A stretch of 64,000 nucleotides of DNA from contig NC_134025.1 in assembly GCF_964204645.1 (NCBI RefSeq), positions 14,508,001-14,572,000 of the forward strand. The letters run 5' to 3'. This DNA comes from Tubulanus polymorphus. Its lineage: Eukaryota; Animalia; Nemertea. Position 1 is the first letter of the stretch. Each line of letters begins with the position of its first letter. A program made the translations under genes and the position numbers. Below, in pieces: positions 1-9,845 of the stretch. The notes below the pieces were generated by a model. The model had not been told where the DNA came from, searched no databases, and saw only the letters and a program-made list of their open reading frames with translations.

Positions 1-227
1 GCACTGTAATGAACAATTTACTTTGTTTTGCTAAATTAACTACTTGTAATCAATTCACTATAGAACTGTGGTCGATCCTAACAAAGAGTCCGGCGTACTA
101 TTCTAAACTTCAGTGGACAAAAATCTCTTTCTAAAAATTATATTGCTAAGATATTCCTAGTCTTCATCCTTCAGCATGAACTCTAGGCCTGGATATATTT
201 CGGATTCATTAAATGGTATCATGTGTG

Positions 228-724
228 ATTAGTTACATGTTGTCACTATGGTACCGCAGTGGAGTGAGGAGGGAGGAGTGAGGAGGGAGGAGGGATGACG
301 TCATACCGGAAGTGACGTCATCCAAGATGGCGGCCGGAAGTGGCGGTTAAAATTCAAATTTCAAATTTTGGCGGGAAAATTCAAAATTTTTCCGTTAAAT
401 CCAAATCAAATTATTGACAACAAATCCAAATCAATTTATTGATGATGTTAAATCCAATTTTATTTATTGACAACAAATCCAAATTTATTTATTGGGTACG
501 ACATCCTATGCGTGTGTGTGAGAGGAGGGGGAGGAGTAAATCCTAGATGGCGCTTTTCCAAGGAATCCCGAGTACGGGTGAAACGAAGTAAACCAAAAAT
601 TCCAAAAACAAATGTAAAACAAATTAATGTCAACAATTAAAAAACATTTATTAACAATAAATACGCAATAAATAGAATAAATAAATAAATAGGTAACTAT
701 ATTTTTGTCTTTTCACTCTGTTAC
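228..724 (+). repeat. Left terminal inverted repeat of Polinton-A
   Basis: Reverse complement of 14476-15058 except in the internal motif block (about 310-395). Confidence 0.95.
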
Positions 725-830
725 GTGTTCGGGCAAGTCATTTTCTGACAATAAAAACGTCATGTAAATCCATAAACTAATCATTCTGCTCAGAAACTTT
801 GAACCGTCAACATCGACCTGTATCGCCCAG

Positions 831-1647
831 ATGGATTCGACTAGTGGACAAACTACCTTAGAAATGTCAAGCACACCGATTCGAGCAAAGTCCTCTCTTC
901 AATCTAGAAAAAGAAAACACCCCTCGCTGAAACTCGACTTAAGTAAGTTTTATAACTATTCCGGTATTCGAAACCGTCAAATATTAAGTCATACGTATAC
1001 TGATATAGAATATTCTTTATTGTTTTATAGGTTCAATCGTTAATGACAACGCTGTTCCGTCGAAAGTTCAACGGAATACCTGGAACAATGACCCCGAGCC
1101 TCATTATCTAGGATCGCTTGTGTACGCGAGTGCGAAAACGTGGCAGGGGTTAAAACGTATAGATTTACGATCTTATGAGTGTTGCGAGCGTAGAAAACAA
1201 CTGTATCCCACAAAGAACGGTATTTCGCTAGATCTCCAAGAGTGGGTACATATAGATTATTGTAAAGCCGATATCGAACACGAAATTGCGCGCGTTAAAG
1301 AAGATATCGATTACGTAGGCGTGATGACCGTTGGTCGTTCGAACTTTATCAAAATCTATAGATCTAGTCACGATCATCGTATTTACGTAAATATCCGAAA
1401 ATATGATCTACACGATGAGCTTTTCGACGTAACTCCGACTAGATGCGGTGTAAAACTAACATTGGAATTATGGAAAAAGTTGAAAGACATTAATTTTAAC
1501 GACGATATACCCGAACTAGCCAACATGACGCCCTGTTGGTATGATTCGAGTCACTCGAATCAGGAATACAGGTGTCCGTACTGCGCAAAAGAAACTTCTG
1601 GAGTACGAAAAACACCTGAATACGGTGTAATGATCACCCAAGTATAA
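831..1647 (+). CDS. Spliced gene (exons 831-942, 1031-1647; 242 aa) for a tandem PC4-like ssDNA-binding/coactivator domain protein
   Basis: Two PC4-type motifs: RIDLRSY..YPTKNGISLDLQEW and YVNIRKY..PTRCGVKLTLELW. Donor GTAAGT at 943 and acceptor TTTTATAG at 1030 join the two ORFs in frame (729 nt). Confidence 0.8.
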
Positions 1648-2492
1648 TTAAAGTAGTTTAAAAGATATTAATTAGATAATATCTATATCATAACCGATTA
1701 ACAAAATGTGTAAAAAACATCAATTTATATACGTTAGTTTGCGTTAAACTCTCAGATAGAAATAAGTATCCGAAATAACTAATCCAGGACTTCATTAAGA
1801 TCCGCTCTAACCAAAGAGGATTAACTAAAGTAGTGAGTTTCTATCTTTTATGAATTTTATCGTTTTCTGTGTAGGTATATGGCCTATGTTTATCTATAAT
1901 ATTTATAAAAATATTTATGTTTTTTAGGACTAAATAAAACATTTATTGAATAAAAGATTTCATTTTTGACTCATTCTGATTTAACAATACGTTAATCTAG
2001 CATTTCGTTGCTATCCAGACCCATGATACGGTATACCGACAAAGAAGGCAATTAATTGATTTAGATCAATACACGACCACGATTGGGGAAAATAGGTGTG
2101 AGCAAAACCAATTACCAGTAGCAGATGGGTCGATAGTATCCAAACACCGTTAATTATATGCGGAAGACGAAGGCAATAAAGTGATTTAGATCGGAGACAC
2201 GACCGCAATGGGAAAATAGGTGTGAGGTTTCAAACCAATTACACTAGCAATAATTCGAACATTTTTAGTGCTCATAGCGCTGAGGTAATTAAGTTGTTTA
2301 GATAAAACCGAACAGATGGTCCTATATGCTGGGTGATATTAGACCAGAGTATCAAAAACACCGTTAATTATATGTGATAGAATCCTCAAATACTTTGAGT
2401 AAACTGTTAGACTATAAGAATTAATCAACTAATTAGTCGTCTGACTTAGACCCATAAATAAGGGGGTAGTTTTAGGACAAATCATTTCCAAG

Positions 2493-2834
2493 ATGTCTGC
2501 TATCGGAGGACGTTGGTTTGAAATTCCCGACGAACCGGAGGCAGTGCTTGAGTGCGGCATATGCTTCGAGACGGGGCAGCGGTGCTGGCTACTATGTAGC
2601 CAATGCCAATATAGAAACTTGACGTGTGGAAGCTGCGTCTCCGCCATAATACGCAGAAACCTTCAACTGGGGCGTGAAGACGCTAATGATGTTTTTTTGT
2701 GCCCGTTCTGTAGAAATGTTGTGCGCTGGGCACGTATGTTTGCAGAACATATACGCAAAGAAGAACAGAGAATGCGACGAAACCGACGCCGCCGTCACCA
2801 GAGACGGCAACAACAGCAGCAGCAACGTCGATGA
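2493..2834 (+). CDS. RING-finger-like protein (putative E3 ligase) with basic/Gln-rich tail
   Basis: CGIC..CSQC..CGSC..CPFCR cysteine spacing. TATA-like CATAAATA about 35 nt upstream. Arg-rich tail. Confidence 0.75.
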   Translation: MSAIGGRWFEIPDEPEAVLECGICFETGQRCWLLCSQCQYRNLTCGSCVSAIIRRNLQLGREDANDVFLCPFCRNVVRWARMFAEHIRKEEQRMRRNRRRRHQRRQQQQQQRR

Positions 2835-2877
2835 TGACGATGACGACGACGACGAACTCGGACACTGACCCCTTCCT

Positions 2878-2918
2878 CAAAAGGTCCTTTTCAGGACCAC
2901 TTCAATTTCCAAGAAAGA
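2878..2918 (+). terminator. Replication-dependent histone-type 3' stem-loop plus histone downstream element (U7 site)
   Basis: CAAAA-GGTCCT-TTTC-AGGACC-AC (6-bp stem, 4-nt loop, 2883-2898), followed by CAAGAAAGA at 2910-2918. Confidence 0.88.
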
Positions 2919-3042
2919 GCCAGTGTTTAAACGCCTCGCCTCGCTTTTTGCTTCAGTTTTTTCTCCAAGTTTTAAACAAAACTCTTCTGGTGAGTTTGTA
3001 GAATTTAAAAAAAACGACTAAATTCATATATATAATAGTTTA

Positions 3043-3504
3043 TTATAGCTTAAAATATTTCACGATAAATTTTTTTACAAAATAATCATTATCAGTAGTT
3101 TTGTTTGACAATAGTTTCGTAATATCGCGTACATCGTTACCGTGACATAGGTGTAATAGTACAAATATAGCGTAATAACCGCATACATTGGATAATACAT
3201 TTTGATACATCTTATTATTATATTTCCATTCTATACAATTTTCATCCAAGTATTTTTCTAACATTTTATCATAAGTTCCGGGTTGTTGCCCGAAGGAATC
3301 AAAAAAATAACCGATGCCGTATTCGTTTATATATATAGTTAGCCAGTGTTCACCCGGCTCGTCGTGATTATCAGTGTTTACTATAAAACCAGCGGGATAG
3401 CTCGTTATATTCGGTAGTCGATCGCATGGAAAAACACCAAAGAAAAACGCTTTCAGACATTCGTCTTTTTTCATAAACTCTAAAATTTGGTTTGTGTACA
3501 ACAT
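3043..3504 (-). CDS. Adenain-like maturation cysteine protease
   Basis: GVFPCD, VNTD..PGEHW (His), FFDSFG (Asp), Q..SNVCGYY (Cys). Confidence 0.93.
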   Translation of the reverse strand: MLYTNQILEFMKKDECLKAFFFGVFPCDRLPNITSYPAGFIVNTDNHDEPGEHWLTIYINEYGIGYFFDSFGQQPGTYDKMLEKYLDENCIEWKYNNKMYQNVLSNVCGYYAIFVLLHLCHGNDVRDITKLLSNKTTDNDYFVKKFIVKYFKL

Positions 3505-3509
3505 GGTCG

Positions 3510-4803
3510 CTAATAATCGATCTCTATATGACGTTCTTTAGTTACTTGTAGTAATTCGTCGAAAACGGCGTAAACAATCAAATTCACGTTATGCGGTAAA
3601 GCTTCATCAAATCGCATTTCGATTTTTAATGACCCCTTTTTAATTAGTGACATACTCTGGCGATATATTGAATCCACAAATAAAATAACCATTTTTGAAA
3701 TCCTCGCGTTTTATCCCAATTCCTTCGTTTTTATACAATAAGCCCCGGGCTAAATATAAACCGTGATACACTTCGCAACCGTCGCCACGAGAGTCTATAA
3801 GTAACGGCGAGTTTTGTGCATGGACATTATCAATGGTCACCCCTATATAATTCAATGAATAATCCTTGAAATCGAACGGATTCTTTTTGTAATTACCGCT
3901 CAACGCGTCGTCGTCCACTAAAGCTAAAACAATAGCCTTTGGTATCTTACCGACGAAAACGGAGTCCTTGATAATTGTTCTATGACCTCTTGGAATATTT
4001 AACGATAATAATTCAGTTCTCGAAAAATAATATTTTGCTGTATTCTTTTCCATTGCTTTAGCATGCGCTACTAAAACAGAACTATCCAGTTCTAGTTTAC
4101 GAATGTATAGTTGAGCGCTTTCAATCTTTATACGAAAATCTGGGTTTTCGGCGGGGGAAACTAGAGCAAAACTTTCCTTTGATCGAGTTAGTTTTATTTG
4201 TAAATCTGTATTGTTGATGAAAATCTTATTCATTCTCATTACATCGCTATACAAACGCGAATAAGCGCAAACCAGTTTACTGCCTTTAGTGTAGTTATTT
4301 CTTCTGACCAAACCGGAATTTGCGTCCGGTAAAGTAGGATCGATGTTTGCTTTCTTCCCGGCTTCGTCTTCGGCGTAAAGATCGCATTGTAGCCAGCTGT
4401 TGTTTTTAGTTTCCGAGTTGTAATTAACCATATTTTCCAGCTCACACTTGAACGGGTATAAGCCACCGTCGTGGGTAACCACTCGGTCGTAAAGCGTAAT
4501 TTGTACATCGCTAAATAGACTATAGGCGCCATTGATCATTAAGACTGACTTTTCAGGACCCACATTAGTTCCATCGGCGTTAACTATTTTAAACTGTAGT
4601 TTTAAATACGTGACGTTTAAATCTAAATATTGTTCAGTTTTTGGTACTCTGAATACAATCGGTCCCATATCGTTAATCGATGTAGTAGGCTCATAACTAA
4701 CGTATCGGCATTCTTTGAAATTTATCTGTCTTCCGGGAACTGTAAACAGATCGAGTTCAGACTTGACGCACAATGGCGAATCCTTATGTACTAATAACGA
4801 CAT
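3510..4803 (-). pseudogene. Major capsid protein (double jelly-roll), frameshifted near 3640-3650
   Basis: Polinton MCP-type N-terminus KSELDLF, YLDL, KKNPFDF. C-terminus GSLKIEMRF..IEIDY is in another frame. Confidence 0.9.
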
Positions 4804-5219
4804 AATAAGTACGCTTCAGCGGTTGCTTTGGTTTTTCGTACACGTTTTCCGGTTGTTATACGTCTACTTCCTTTACGACCTTTTATTGATTTTGGGGTTG
4901 AGGTAGATGGTCTTTTTAAGCTTCGTCTGATAATGCGACCCATTGTTTCGATGCCACGATCTTTGATGGCTGTCGCGATATTCTTACCGCCTACCACATC
5001 GCTGGCTACGTGTAAACCAGTTCTCAGTAAATGAGGAACCGCTTGCTTGGCCATATTTTTTAGTAGTGGAATAGCTGGACGAGCCAACCCGCCCAAGACT
5101 GATGCAAATCCAGCACCGCCTTGTACGGGAGACGCCGTGTATACGTCAATACCCGAACCGCATTGGTTCATGTAATATTTACAACAAGCATCCCGATCGA
5201 TTTCGCAGAGAGCCCTCAT
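4791..5219 (-). CDS. Conserved Polinton small virion/core protein with QxGxG-type motifs, amphipathic helix and basic tail
   Basis: YYMNQCGSG and VQGGAGFASVLGGLARPAIPLLK. Lies between mCP and MCP. Confidence 0.75.
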   Translation of the reverse strand: MRALCEIDRDACCKYYMNQCGSGIDVYTASPVQGGAGFASVLGGLARPAIPLLKNMAKQAVPHLLRTGLHVASDVVGGKNIATAIKDRGIETMGRIIRRSLKRPSTSTPKSIKGRKGSRRITTGKRVRKTKATAEAYLLCRY

Positions 5220-6076
5220 AGCAATAAATTCTTCTTTTTAAAATGTAAAGCTAAGTTAACTTTTCCTTTTCTGAACACGGGTATTCTCCCGGATTCAGTT
5301 CTTATAAAGACTTCTATAGTTTGGAAATTCCGTCTCTGTAGTGGGAAGTATTGTAACTTGGTAAATTCTCGACCAACAATTTTACCAAAATTTCTCGGAT
5401 TCAAATCAATCATGCGCAAGAGATTTGCGCTTTGATGTCCGACCAGCTGAGGTTCGATAACATCTGTATATATCATTAAATTATGATAATCGACGTTTAT
5501 ATCCGAACTGTGGGCTGCAGTAACCTCGATGTATTTGTAAACTGTTTTACTATCGGATGAATCTGACAGTATAGGACCATGTATTTTAGAGCCTTGACGA
5601 TGATCTGTTATATCTTCGTTAATCGGTATATTTTCTTTAAAACCCAAAATCCACGCAATATCACTCGTAAAAGTTATTGTGCAGTTGTCATAAAATCGGA
5701 TACAAACTTTATGACTTAGTTCATTGAATGCAAGAACTATCTTATTATCATACCATTTGTTTAACTCTGTTTGTATAGCGACAATTAATTGGGTAATTGT
5801 CAAATAACGACCTTCGGGTATATTGAGATAATGAGTTCCTTGCTCAGACGACGTACATTGAAATCTACCATTGTTCACGTTATTGAAATCTGCCATAAAG
5901 TTTATTTGATGTAAAGCGCAAACCCATTTGCCTTGAAGTGAAATCGGTGTTCGTAATCGAACTTTAAAACTATGTTGCGTATTATCGGGATAAATGTCTA
6001 CGCTAGCATCGCTTTTGAGATATACGTAAAAATCCTGACTCATGTTAACTTCTTGATATCTCGAGCGTTCACCCAA
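5216..6076 (-). CDS. Minor capsid protein (penton); likely start MSQDFY
   Basis: FYVYLKSDAS..YPDNT..FKVRL..LQGKWVCAL, IYTDVIEPQLVG..LLR, C-terminal LHFKK. Confidence 0.88.
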   Translation of the reverse strand: MGERSRYQEVNMSQDFYVYLKSDASVDIYPDNTQHSFKVRLRTPISLQGKWVCALHQINFMADFNNVNNGRFQCTSSEQGTHYLNIPEGRYLTITQLIVAIQTELNKWYDNKIVLAFNELSHKVCIRFYDNCTITFTSDIAWILGFKENIPINEDITDHRQGSKIHGPILSDSSDSKTVYKYIEVTAAHSSDINVDYHNLMIYTDVIEPQLVGHQSANLLRMIDLNPRNFGKIVGREFTKLQYFPLQRRNFQTIEVFIRTESGRIPVFRKGKVNLALHFKKKNLLL

Positions 6077-7122
6077 GAATTGAATTTATCGGGATAGTTA
6101 TACCACTTTACCAAGTATTGTTTTCGAACGCCTTTACCCCGAGTTTTAATTATCGACTCGATCTTATACGTTTCATCCTTTTTATTGAATTTTATCAACT
6201 CGTATCCGTAAAACACGCCATCTATTGTTACGTCTTGTAAATCTTTAATCTTGTATACAGGTGGCTCACGCATAATTCTTTTCGTAACGATAAACAACTC
6301 GGTACTCCACCCGGGTAAATAGCCTTTTTGGAATTGTCCTTTGAGTTCGCTTATTCGCACAGTGTCGCCAACGCGAAACTTAAATTTCACGCGTTTTTTA
6401 CTACGGATTGTACCGTATAGATTCTTGAAAACTTTGTACGCGTTTAACTCGTTGACATCGTTTGGAGCCATTTTTATACTACGATGAAACGATTTATTGT
6501 ATGACGCTACTATATCTTTAAGCAAATCGATATATCTGTATGAATTTCTATGCGAAAATATCTTATACATTTACGATTTTAAAGTACGTATCCATCTTTC
6601 GATTAAAGCGCATTTTACTTCGTTTTTACTTTGGAAAAAACGTACGCCTTCGTTTTTCAGATACGCCTGCGTTTTTGAACCGACAAATTCTGTGCCTGAA
6701 TCCGATTGAATAACGCCAGGTTTCCTAATCTTGAAAATCTTTTTAAAACCATCCACAACGGTAGAATTAAATTTAATCTCTAACGGTATAGCGAACGCGT
6801 ATCTAGACAATACATCAATAGCCGTCAATAGAAATTTGTAACCGTCGTTGTGTTTCGAAATATTCGAAACGTCGCACAAGTCAACCTGAAATTGTTCGTT
6901 CACTCGATAGGCTATAGTTTTGTTTCTGGGAAATCTCTTTCGTACTTTGGCGTGTAACGTATGAACTTCTTGTTCGGCTAACCAGTCTCGTATCTCACGT
7001 AAAGAGATATTTTTGTTTTCTTTTTTACAAATCCGTAGTAATGTATTTGCGTTTGAAAAACTTCCTTCTTTGTCGACGCCATAATATTGATTCGCCAGGA
7101 ATCTTTTCTGTTCGGCTTTCAT
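6040..7122 (-). pseudogene. Retroviral-like (rve) integrase with C-terminal chromodomain, one in-frame stop at 6571-6573
   Basis: QVDL, IDVLSRY, QSDSGTEF, IERWIRTLK catalytic motifs. Chromodomain YLVKWYNY..NSWV. TAA between LKS and MYK. Confidence 0.93.
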
Positions 7123-7243
7123 CGATTACAGTTGTACTACCGCAACACGTGCTCAATACGCAATTAACTCTATTGAATTGACACTCGAAATTCGGCTCCT
7201 CCTGCTTCAAACAACAACAACAAAATAACTTTCGCCAATTCAT
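7025..7243 (-). CDS. Small cysteine-string protein overlapping the integrase start
   Basis: ATG start, LFCCCCL and STCC motifs, basic C-terminus. Same strand as its neighbours. Confidence 0.5.
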   Translation of the reverse strand: MNWRKLFCCCCLKQEEPNFECQFNRVNCVLSTCCGSTTVIDESRTEKIPGESILWRRQRRKFFKRKYITTDL

Positions 7244-7298
7244 CTTTTCTCATAATTTTATTTACACTTAAAAAAACAATATGCTTTTAATGACTTTT

Positions 7299-7823
7299 TT
7301 ATTTGGAACAAAGAATGGTATAGAATAGAACTTCTTCGTAGGCTTCCTGTAAATCGTTGAGTTTTTTGGCACCCGACAATATTAAAGTACCGCCGTTATG
7401 TACTATACATTTTATTCCGTTTTCACATTTGTACACAAAACCGGGAAATATTTCAGGATTATAATCGCCGTCAACTGTTTTGGAAAGTTCCACTAAGTCT
7501 ACGCGTCGACCGATTTTTGCAACTCCAGTCATAGTTTGTATTTTCAAGTTATTCAAGTTCCCCGTGTATCCCATCCTTTGTATCAAACGAGCAAATTTCC
7601 GTGTACTGCATCGGCTGTTAAACTCGCTTTTACATCCTGTCACTACCATTTTTCCATTTACGAACAATAGACAGCTACCTTGTATACTTCTATGTTTCCA
7701 CATCAATCCGCTAAACTTTCGGGGGTCATAAACGACATTACATAATTTTCTCGCAATATCGGTTAAATTTAAACGGCAATTCAAATGCGCTGTGGATACA
7801 ACGTTTACAACCTCAATCATCAT
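7299..7823 (-). CDS. TATA-binding protein (TBP)-like, element-encoded
   Basis: Two TBP repeats: NVVST..YDPRKFSGL..LLFVNGKMVVTGCKS and YNPEIFPGFVY..GTLILSGAK. Confidence 0.93.
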   Translation of the reverse strand: MMIEVVNVVSTAHLNCRLNLTDIARKLCNVVYDPRKFSGLMWKHRSIQGSCLLFVNGKMVVTGCKSEFNSRCSTRKFARLIQRMGYTGNLNNLKIQTMTGVAKIGRRVDLVELSKTVDGDYNPEIFPGFVYKCENGIKCIVHNGGTLILSGAKKLNDLQEAYEEVLFYTILCSK

Positions 7824-8011
7824 TAACGTGCTTACTCGACCACAAATGAAACCGCTATATCCATTCCACTAATAATATAATTGCAAAACCCGCTGACCGT
7901 TGACACGCCCAAACACGAATAATGAAACGCTCATAACATATCAATCCGCCACAAATGAAGCCCGGTCATTGGTCAAAGCTTTTTGACAGTCGTGATTAGG
8001 TTTTCTAGTCG

Positions 8012-8572
8012 TTAAAAGGATAACCAGTTTGTGAAATTCACATTGCCATCCCGCACTCCACACAGTCCGGATCCGCTCTGATCATACTTTGGTTTCTTTC
8101 TCTTTGGAGACAACGACATATCTAAATCTACGGTAAGTTCACCTTTGATACTTCTCTTTAACGTTTTATTCGAAATAAGACTCAATGGTACGTTCAACTC
8201 GTTAAATGCAGATATATATTTATCTAGGCCGATATATTCTTGATCCATTTTAGTTTGTACTAACGACATGTGTAAAATATCGTCAATGTTGCTTCCACGA
8301 ATTAGATTGTCCTTGTAAATCAGTTCGCCTTTATCATTCCATTTCAAAATTCCTGGATTATCTTCAAAAAATGCTAATAGGGATTTACATTTTTTCCTAA
8401 ATCTTAGCGGTAACCGATCAATAATCTTCTGCGTAGTATATTTGCCCGAGATTTCTTTATTATCTTGTGTCGTTTGGTTAATATCCTTTTCTACAGATGA
8501 TTTATGTATTTCTTGCTGCAATAACTGATTATACTTTAAGTATTTGAGATCGTCGGGTATTTTGTTATCCAT
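8012..8572 (-). CDS. Conserved Polinton hypothetical protein (N-terminus probably disrupted, original start about 8690)
   Basis: WNDKGELIY..GSNIDDIL motif that I recognise from Mavericks. QSGSG near the C-terminus. Confidence 0.7.
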   Translation of the reverse strand: MDNKIPDDLKYLKYNQLLQQEIHKSSVEKDINQTTQDNKEISGKYTTQKIIDRLPLRFRKKCKSLLAFFEDNPGILKWNDKGELIYKDNLIRGSNIDDILHMSLVQTKMDQEYIGLDKYISAFNELNVPLSLISNKTLKRSIKGELTVDLDMSLSPKRKKPKYDQSGSGLCGVRDGNVNFTNWLSF

Positions 8573-8701
8573 TAGAGGGTTGTAGGTAGCGGGTGTTTCT
8601 TATTCTTGTTGACGTTCCTGACTCGCGATAAAAGCTTGTATCGAGGGTAACATGGAATCGGGTAAAATGATTAACTTTTCAACGTTCTTCATGCTATTGC
8701 C

Positions 8702-9073
8702 TTATCTACTATTCGGTTTGCGGCGTTCGTTAAAACAGACGTCAGTATAGGTTTTCAAAAGTGGTAGTAAAATGAATCGCAGAAATCCACCTTTTTGCGA
8801 AATCATTCCTCGTTTATGTTTAATGGCTATCGAATTGTTGGCCAACATGCGTATGTAACGTTTATGTTGTTTCAACACGCGTTTATCTTTGTCGCTATAT
8901 TTTATATTTCCTGCTAAACTGTTTTTGGATATCTCGCATACGCACTTGATTAAGTCTGACGGAGCCGATTCTATCAACGCTCTACGTTGTTTCTTATTAC
9001 ATTTACCCAACACGTGTAAATGATGTATATATTTTTTCACTCTTTGTAACGAGTTGTTTTTACGCTGCGCCAT
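8702..9073 (-). CDS. Conserved basic Polinton protein (putative core protein)
   Basis: ICE/CxN-type motif (KCVCEISKNSLAGNI) and QKGGFL. Adjacent to the ATPase. Confidence 0.75.
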   Translation of the reverse strand: MAQRKNNSLQRVKKYIHHLHVLGKCNKKQRRALIESAPSDLIKCVCEISKNSLAGNIKYSDKDKRVLKQHKRYIRMLANNSIAIKHKRGMISQKGGFLRFILLPLLKTYTDVCFNERRKPNSR

Positions 9074-9109
9074 GGTCTTCTTTTATTAGTTAACCGATGA
9101 ATTATACTT

Positions 9110-9760
9110 TTAATGAATTTTCTTTGTTTTGTATATTATATGGTATTTATCGCTAGGAAAAATTCTAGTTCTCAAACGCCATCTATCATCAGTTTTTGGT
9201 TTAAAATCCAGTAAAAGATAACCGTGGGGTTCCTTGGTCGCGTCTCTAAAGGCCGCTTCAATTTCGTTTTTCAAACCGGCTTGTTGAGCGAGAACGCGAA
9301 CTTGATTTCTATCTCGCGCGTTTTTAAAAACGACAATATAATGCGAGTTTAAACTAATCGTTCTAAACTCTTTGCCTTTCGGGAAAATATTTTGTACAAT
9401 CGTAATAACGCTGATGTTGCGATGATGGGATCCTCGTGTATACAAAGAAGCTAACGCGTTATTACTCCCTACTTCATTCATCAGATCGTCGACTATAATT
9501 AATGTACGTTTACTGCCATCTATTTTGTCGTAGAGTTCCCCGGAAAAACCCTCTACAAACTGCACTCCAAACTTTTCCAATTCGTTGAACATTTCGGGTT
9601 GCGCCTCCGCGTAACACCAATATATCTTATCGGGATTTTTTTCGACAAGATTCTCCGTTATAACTTTTTTGACAAACACACTTTTACCGGAACCCGTCAG
9701 TCCTGCAACTATCATCGTGAATGGATGGGATAAGTATCTCGGGCCATTATACTCTGCCAT
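9110..9760 (-). CDS. Genome packaging ATPase (A32/FtsK-like)
   Basis: Walker A GLTGSGKS, Walker B LIIVDD, TRGSHHRNISVITIVQN. Confidence 0.95.
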   Translation of the reverse strand: MAEYNGPRYLSHPFTMIVAGLTGSGKSVFVKKVITENLVEKNPDKIYWCYAEAQPEMFNELEKFGVQFVEGFSGELYDKIDGSKRTLIIVDDLMNEVGSNNALASLYTRGSHHRNISVITIVQNIFPKGKEFRTISLNSHYIVVFKNARDRNQVRVLAQQAGLKNEIEAAFRDATKEPHGYLLLDFKPKTDDRWRLRTRIFPSDKYHIIYKTKKIH

Positions 9761-9845
9761 CTTAGTGTTTTAAGTGTTTTAGCTGCGAATGAAAAACACT
9801 TTTAATAGAAACAAGGGGGTTGTCAATATTTGAAAAATACAGTAC

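Noticed and set aside
2674-2868. Acidic-tail ORF overlapping the RING gene as a separate gene
   Set aside because: GTG start and low complexity. At most an alternative C-terminus of the RING protein after an indel.
3510-3692. Programmed frameshift in the major capsid gene
   Set aside because: The C-terminal strand is structurally needed and decay is pervasive, so a simple indel is more likely.
4545-4562. Second histone stem-loop (TTTTCAGGACC)
   Set aside because: The 5' arm does not pair, there is no HDE, and it lies antisense within the capsid ORF.
6568-6576. Programmed readthrough or stop-restart in the integrase (TAA directly followed by ATG)
   Set aside because: A single AAA-to-TAA nonsense change explains it. 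The same element has several other inactivating lesions, and the Polinton-B integrase is continuous here (LKTRMWK).
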